From: Klebsormidium nitens
Taxonomy: Eukaryota; Plantae; Klebsormidiophyceae
Direction: 5' to 3'
Assembly (NCBI GenBank): GCA_000708835.1
Contig: DF237123.1
Location: forward strand, 1-64,000
Length of the DNA: 64,000 bases
Shown: positions 57,345 through 64,000 of the stretch, in pieces
Layout: each line of letters opens with the position of its first letter
Position numbering within the stretch: the first letter of the stretch is position 1
The notes under the pieces: model-generated
Database searches by the model: none
Told to the model about the DNA's origin: nothing
The model's input: only the letters and a program-made list of their open reading frames with translations
Program-made: the position numbers and the translations under genes

Positions 57345-60300
57345 GCTATAGGAAAAAGGCACGCGCGCTCTCAAAGTTGAGGCTCTGCAGCTCGAACTCC
57401 CGCATGAACAGCTCGAGCCGCTTCCTGACCAGTTCCAAATTGTGCGCTTCCGCTTCCGTCGTTCCGCCCACTCGCTTGCTCCAGCTCTGGAGGCCCTGCA
57501 TTCCGCTCCCGATGTTGACCAAGGAAGTGTAGGCTGCGTCGCAGGTCGTCTTCTCTTCGGCGAGGTGAGCCTGCGAAGAGTTGACTTATCTCTGTTAAAA
57601 GGACGCCAATTTGTTGTGTCTCTCTCGTCATGTATATCCACACTGTCCCACCTTGAGAGGAGTTTTCCATTTCGGCAGGAAGCGACAGTGAAACGAAGCG
57701 AGTATCAAGTCTTCTCCAATCGACTATCCTTGCGACTTTTTGATTCAAGAGCACAGAAAAGCTGCGCGGATATACATCGACGTGAAACTTATTGCAATCG
57801 AAAGGAGAAAAAAGCAAAATCCCGTCCTAGGATCTTTCTCTTCCGCGAACTTATGACCGCTCTGAATGTTTGCGAGCCGCCTTTGCCGTCGACGTTTAGG
57901 AAGACCACAAGGGTCTGTGTTGAACAATCTGGTAACAAGCCTTCAGGTATCGGACTTACGTCAGCGGACGTCAACAATTGCACCCTCTCGCTCAAAAGAA
58001 ATCTGCGTATGTACGTCCCCCACCTGAGCTGACGTCAGCCATCCGAGGCTGTCGAATGCCCGGCCCTGGCCCAGAACCTCTAGAAGGTACGCCAGCCCCA
58101 GCGCAAAGCCGTCGTCCGTGACAAGCGGTTGGGTTCCCGTGCCACGGGTCTCCCTCGCGCCCTTCTTGGCGAGCTGCTCCTTGGCCGCGAGCATCGCCTC
58201 GGTTGATGACGTCATCAGCGCGGGGGCGAGCAGGAAGAAGGTGCCGAGGTGGCGGTTCTGATCGGTTTGGAGTTCCCGAGAGAAGACTGTGGCCTGGAAG
58301 AAGCAGAGGTTCCAAGGTTGTCAAAGGAAAACACAGTCCCAAAAAGACCCCGGATACAAAAAATGTCACACTAAAAAGAAGCAAAGAAACAAAGCCCAAA
58401 AACGTCAAACCGCCTAAGAAGAGGTTCCAAGGTTGTCAGGTTTGGTGGAGAAAGGGAGGGGCAAAGCGACGGATGGCGCATGACTAGACGGCAGGTCTGG
58501 TCGGTTTGAAGCTCTTGGGAGAGAAGTGAGGCCTGGAATAAGCCATAGATTTACGAGGATCCATGTCGGGGAAATAAAGCGAGCGGGTAAGTGACAACTA
58601 GAGACATGCTCAGATGGCAATTATGGTTCGGTTCTTCTCCAGGAGAGACCGAGGCTTGTAAGGAAAAGACACCGATCCAGTTGCTGGGTCGAGAGAAAGA
58701 GCCGAGAGCAGAAAGCGACCACTAGCGAGCTGCACGGAGGGCTGTTCTGGTCAAATGAAAATAAATGAAAGAAGACCAAGGCCTCAAAGGCATAGCCAAC
58801 CTTAGTTTCTAAGGCCACAGACATGACCTGGGGGAAGGAGCAGAGGCAAAGAGATGCTCGACTTGGGGTTCTGGTCGCTTCGGGTTCTTTGGGCAAATGG
58901 CTTCATGAAACGAGAGGGGGAAATAACTTTGATGGGTCGGACGGACCCGAGGGGAGAAATGGAGGTCAGAACTGGTGCCTAGATGGTGGTTCAGGTTGAT
59001 CTGGACGATTCGAAAGGAAGCAGGGACCCGAGAGGAAGAGTGTAGAGGTGTTCGCTCCAGGTGATTCAGCAAGGAACAACGTGCTAGATCGGCTGATACA
59101 CGGAACTCCCATGGGACATACCCCGTTTTCTCAGACTTGTGCGAATGGCAAACGATGGCGCTCGAAGGACGACTCGAGATTTCAACCTCTACGACAAAGA
59201 GGGGACAATGGAAAATGTCCAGATTAGTCAAAGATCGAGGAAAAGCACGGAGGGAACAGGGGAAAAGAAGGAGCGGTAAAGATTGGGAGAGAACGGAGAA
59301 AGGGAAAGGGCCTAGAGTAAAGCCATACCAGCATCCGCAGGTAATGAGCGCTGTCCTTGGCCCCCCTCTCGGTCAACGTTCGAAGCGTCTCGTCCAATCC
59401 CCTGGCCGCTCTCACAGCCGAGGGCGCATCCACACCGGCCGCCAAAGTGACTGCCTCAAAAGGCCGCGCTTCTAGTTCCCGCCCGGACGTCGACGCTTCT
59501 TCCTCGCTCGCTGGTGTGAACGCGCTCTCTCCCGGCGCTGCCAATACGCTATGCTCCGGCGGCGTGGCTGCTCCAATTTCTCGCGCTGTTGCCAAGCCAT
59601 GCTCCGACGGCGTCGATAAGCTTTGCTCTGACGATCTTGATACGCTATGCTCTGGTGGAAGGGTTACGCTATGCTCCGGAAGATTTGACGAGCTATTTTC
59701 AGACGGTGTGAATAGGCTCGCGGGTGTGAAGGCGGCGCCGGCGCAGTGCTGGGAGGCCCCGTTGGCGACCATTCTCACAAAGCCCAGCGCGTTACCGATC
59801 TCGCCGACGAGGCCTCGCAGGACGTCCAAAGCGCTCTGGTCCGATTCTGCGTCCGGAAACGGAATAATCCTCAGTTTCGTTATATGTATTCAGCGTATTG
59901 CAATGGATGGTAATCACGAACAATAATGGATGTATGTCTATTATGTGGCTGAGGTTGACCCAAGGTGTTGGGACTTAATCGACGACAATCTCCTCGGCAA
60001 CGCCTTCAGAACGTTAAGACTGCACAATTCAACCCAGCGGGACCCAGGGGTCTGTCGATCTTGATCTTTAGCAGAAGCTGCATTGGTAAGGTCTCCAAGC
60101 GAGATACTGTCTGCTGAAAACAGGTCATGAGAGAACGAATCAAATCATCCACACGGAGTCTCAGGCCGTTCACAGCACATGGGCTATAAGAATGGTTCGT
60201 GCCGGTTTCACGACGAGCTGTTGTTGGTGACAAGAGATGGCTTTGTGGTGAGGCAGAATTTCACGTGAACAATTTGCGATCACAATATCAAAGTATCTGG

Positions 60301-63300
60301 ATGCAACGTCTGAAAACAAAGCTCCAAGGGCATTCATATTCCGGTTTTTTGAGAGGTACGAAGCAAGGGTCGGGGAATCCAGAGTCGATGTCCAAAAGTT
60401 GGACGTTCGAGGTTTGAGATTTGATTCGCGGCGTTTGCGGCCCAGAGCTACAGGTGATTCCAATGCTAGATACGATTGTGAAAAGCAGCACAGAACAAAC
60501 GAAACTTGATTGATTCGGGTAAGGCGCTGACCTGCTTTCCGCAGCTTTTTGATGTCTTTGATGAGTTTCTGTGCCCGTGCAACCGGGTACTCCCCAGGCA
60601 GATCCCCCTTGCCTCCGTGCCTGTTCACATCGGCCTTCTGGTCCATCATCTCCCGGTAGTACTTTCGCTCCTGCAGAATATTATGTGAATAAGTTCTTTT
60701 AGCAACGCCGCTGGTATCTGTGCAGAATATGTGCAGGGAGAAATGAGAGATCGTTAGTCGGTCCCCATCTAAAAAGAAGACCCGGAAGAAGGGCGATCGA
60801 TCCGCCAGACACCAACCAAAGCCACCAGGGCTGACGTCAGCTTAACCTCCCAAAAGATACCTTTGTCATTGAGCAGCGCACGCAAGAGGGGTCTAAACTC
60901 CCACTGCATTGCAATGGAAATGCAGGAAAACATAACACACTCAATATTCGAAGTAAGAAGAGAGAGGCGGAAGAGAAGAGGCGCTAACCCCACCTTGACC
61001 ATCCGCGACTTGATTCCGTCATCGTACAGCGCCTGCGAGAGCGCCACGAGGCGCTTGGCCAGAAACTGGTACACAAAGTTGACCGCTGTTGTCACGATGC
61101 CCAGGCCGTGCGTGTTGATCCCATTGGCGATGTTGCGGACTTGAACCGTGTGTAAGTACTTGCGCCGGCGGGCGGCAGACGGCCGTTCTATGAATACCTG
61201 CAACATAACTCCGCATGCTTAATAACAATGAGTAAGGTGTTTCCTCTTCCGCTTCTCCATTCCCTGTTGAGAATCGTTGCTTGGATCTTTCAACGGGATC
61301 CTGCAAACAATCACTAGGCCGTGCGTGTTGATCCCGTTAAGGACGTTGCGGACTTGGACCGTGTGCAGGTACTTGCGCCAACGAGCTGCGGACGGCCGCT
61401 CTATGAAAACCTGCAAAGTAATTAACTTTTCTGTTTGAAAGATTCAGAGTGATACCGGTGTCTTACTTCCAATTTCCGCTGTCAGGGATTGCTGATACCC
61501 TTTTTCAAGCTGATCATGTGAGAACGATGTTGCAAACGCCGGCGGGCAGCCGCCGGCCGTTCTATGTACACCCGCAAAGAAAAGTAAGCATGCTTTATAA
61601 ATCATAACAGTAATTGGGATTGTTTCCCCTCCTCGCCTTCCCCTTTTCTCCTTTCCCCTGCTAAGAATCGTTGCTTGAAATTTTCAACGGGATCCTGCAA
61701 ACAATCTCTAATGCGTATTCACGCCTTTGGCGATACTGCGGACTTGGACCCTGTGCAGGTACTGGCGCCGGCGGGCTGCGGACGTCCGCTCTACAAAAAC
61801 CTGCGAAGCGGCTCGAAGTCGGATTAGAAAACTGTGTGCGTTGAGGCAGAAGCTGGTCTTCTTTTATTATCGTGTATACTTCGTTTCCAATGTTGCCCGC
61901 TCTACGTGTGCATATGATATGGGACTCTGCGGCAATCGGGCGGGAGGAGAAGACTTGCAAGAAGAGCTACGCTCTTCTTCTATGTCGCCTTGCATTTTCC
62001 TGTCCTCTTACTCTTCGAACGATGCGCGCCCCGCCGTTTCTTTGTTCTCGTTTTCTTTCACCTGTATCACTCCTCCTTCCTTATGGTCCTTTTTCCAAGT
62101 CATCTCGTCTTTCCTCTTGTCCTCGTCGATTGGTAACCGCCGTTTCCACAGGTTTCAAGCTTGAAATCCTTTTCATTGGTTCCCTTGATTGTTCTTCTAT
62201 CCCTCCGCTCTTATTTTTCTGTGCTCCGCCCTTCTCAACATTTTTCTCTCTCCCAATTATCTGCGCCGACCCTACTCACCATCACTGTCAAGTGCGACAA
62301 CGCTTTTGGCCTCCGTTTTATTGCTCGTCTTGCAAAGGGTGGACCTGGCCAGCACATCCCGAGGTTCATACAAAGCAGTACTTGAAGTTCCGCCTATTTT
62401 CTGCAAAGATGAGGGTCAGGGGTATTCTCACCTGGCCATTCAGGTCGTACGTGTACTGCTGCGCGAGGGTGTGAATATTCCGCATGAGGAACAAGACGTC
62501 CTGTCCGTGCTCCAAGTTCTGAGGGGGCAGGTGGATGTCGTCTAAACGGAGGCCGTATTTGTCCTGGAAAACAGCAAATGAGAAGCGATAAGAGGGCTTG
62601 TCTTGCGATGCTAAGCAAGTTGGCAAAAGAAGCCAAGCTGTGATGAAGAGGAGACAATGGCTGCCGAAATGAAATGAGCACCAGCGGTACTAGTATTGAT
62701 GGCCCGATTCCCGAGGAGGACAGAATCAGGAAGAGACCAAGAAAGGAGCGGCAGGGATAAGACAAGAGCGCTTGTTGAAAAGTGGGACGTCCTGACGTCA
62801 GGTTGTAGATTGGACGTAATGAGAATTCTTTTTGAAGAGCACGACCGAGACAATAAAGAACCGTTCATGAAACAGATCAGTGCAAGCGTCGACGGGAGGA
62901 CGAGAAAGCGATGAACAAGGCACCTATGAATGGGAGAAGGGCGGGTAGAGAAACAGGGGTGAATAGAGAAGCCTGTCAATTGCAAAAGAGGTGTGAGAAG
63001 TAAATGACAAGAAGAATACGTCACTGAAGCAGCGTCTCACCTGTGCCAGCTGTCGCATGTCGCTGTAAGCTTTCCAGTTGTGCAGCGCAACCGCGGTGTG
63101 ATCGTAAAACGCGGCGTTCAAATACGCCTCTAACCGCTCCTTAACCACGATGGTTTGCGACCCTAACCGGATGGGGCGCATGCTCAGGAAGCAGGACAGG
63201 TCCCTAACCCCGGTCCGGGTTGGGTCAAGCGTGACCGCGCCGGTTAGGGTGTGGGAATGGTTGTGGAGGCGGAGGTCGGTCTCGATTGCGTGACACAGTG

Positions 63301-63313
63301 GAGCGATCACTTC
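57345..63313 (-). CDS. WASHC4: WASH complex subunit 4 (SWIP/KIAA1033), 3' portion; upstream exons unresolved or outside the window
   Basis: Exons match WASHC4 motifs: LCHAIETDLRL, FYDHTAVALHNWKAYSDMRQLA, KYGLRLDDIHLPPQNLEHGQDVLFLMRNIH, VFIERP..NGINTHGLGIVTTAVNFVYQFL, EIGNALGFVRMV, TDDGFALGLAYLL, C-terminal REFELQSLNFESARAFFL*. Confidence 0.92.
61197..61801 (-). repeat. Tandem decayed duplicates of a WASHC4 acceptor/exon start
   Basis: VF(I/V)ER(P/T)SAAR..KYLH.VQVR coding sequence starts at 61197 (intact), 61410, ~61571 (partial) and 61800. Confidence 0.85.
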
Positions 63314-64000
63314 CTGCAGAAAGAAGCTCTCGACAGTTCGGGCTTTTTCCGTTGGAGATTGACAATCTTTTGACGAAGCAAGAGAGTTTGCGTGGCTCGA
63401 GAGTAACCAACGCTGGTAGGGCGTGCGAATGGTTGTAACGGCAGGGCTCAAGCTCGATCGAGTGAGACCGGAGCGACCGTTGCTGCAAAAGGAGGTACCT
63501 TGGTAAGTGGGAAACAAGGCTAGTCGCACCTGACTTGTGCTTGAACGGAAGGTTGAGGGTCGTTGTGGCAGTCAAACGTGCCAAGAAAAGGCAAGTCAAA
63601 GATCGGTCTCGAGTGCGTGACACAACGAAGCAACCAAACCCCTCTCCCGATCAAAAGGTTGAGACGCTAAGGAACGCTGAGATTAAGGATCCAAAAAGAG
63701 AGAAACCTTCCAAGCAATCGTCGCTGTAGAAGCAAATCAGGGCCCTTGAGTTGTAATCATGAGCTTTGAGCTTCAGCTTGCTAGCGAGGAACTGGGCGCA
63801 CGGCTTGAGTAAAGGGAATATACTTTACTACAATTTCGCATCATCTCCCTCCGGACGATACCTTCTACTTCATGGAGGCGGTTTGCAATCATCCGGTACC
63901 TTTCTAACTTGTGCTGCTTTCTGCCGATAATAAACCTCTGCTATTCTCAGTGACGTAAGCAAGCGCTGTTCTCAAAAGAGAAGAGCCACTGACGGTGGTC

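Overview
Eukaryotic nuclear DNA with GT-AG introns; gene content and splice-site style suggest a streptophyte green alga, possibly Klebsormidium (inference). Bases 1-~4770 hold the standout feature, a 5'-truncated Penelope-like (Naiad/Chlamys-type) retroelement. Its RT ORF is followed in the same frame by a Pro-rich / 2xCCCH / coiled-coil region and a phage-like HNH domain. Sharp GC steps and phase-matched splice sites suggest the RT and HNH sequences sit inside AT-rich introns of a GC-rich spliced RNA-binding-protein gene. Two long gene-poor tracts (~5-13 kb and ~18.5-26 kb) contain decayed repeats and hairpins. Host genes: a Myb + RWP-RK fusion transcription factor, an orphan low-complexity protein, a Cab/clade-D-like beta-carbonic anhydrase, a secreted parallel beta-helix protein, a DEK-like chromatin protein, a large disordered protein with a conserved-looking C-terminus, a MYND-finger protein, two tandem F-box-like/LRR paralogues (one truncated) and the 3' part of WASHC4 (SWIP). 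There is a 290-N gap at 30591-30880. Exon coordinates were derived by hand and no database searches were run.
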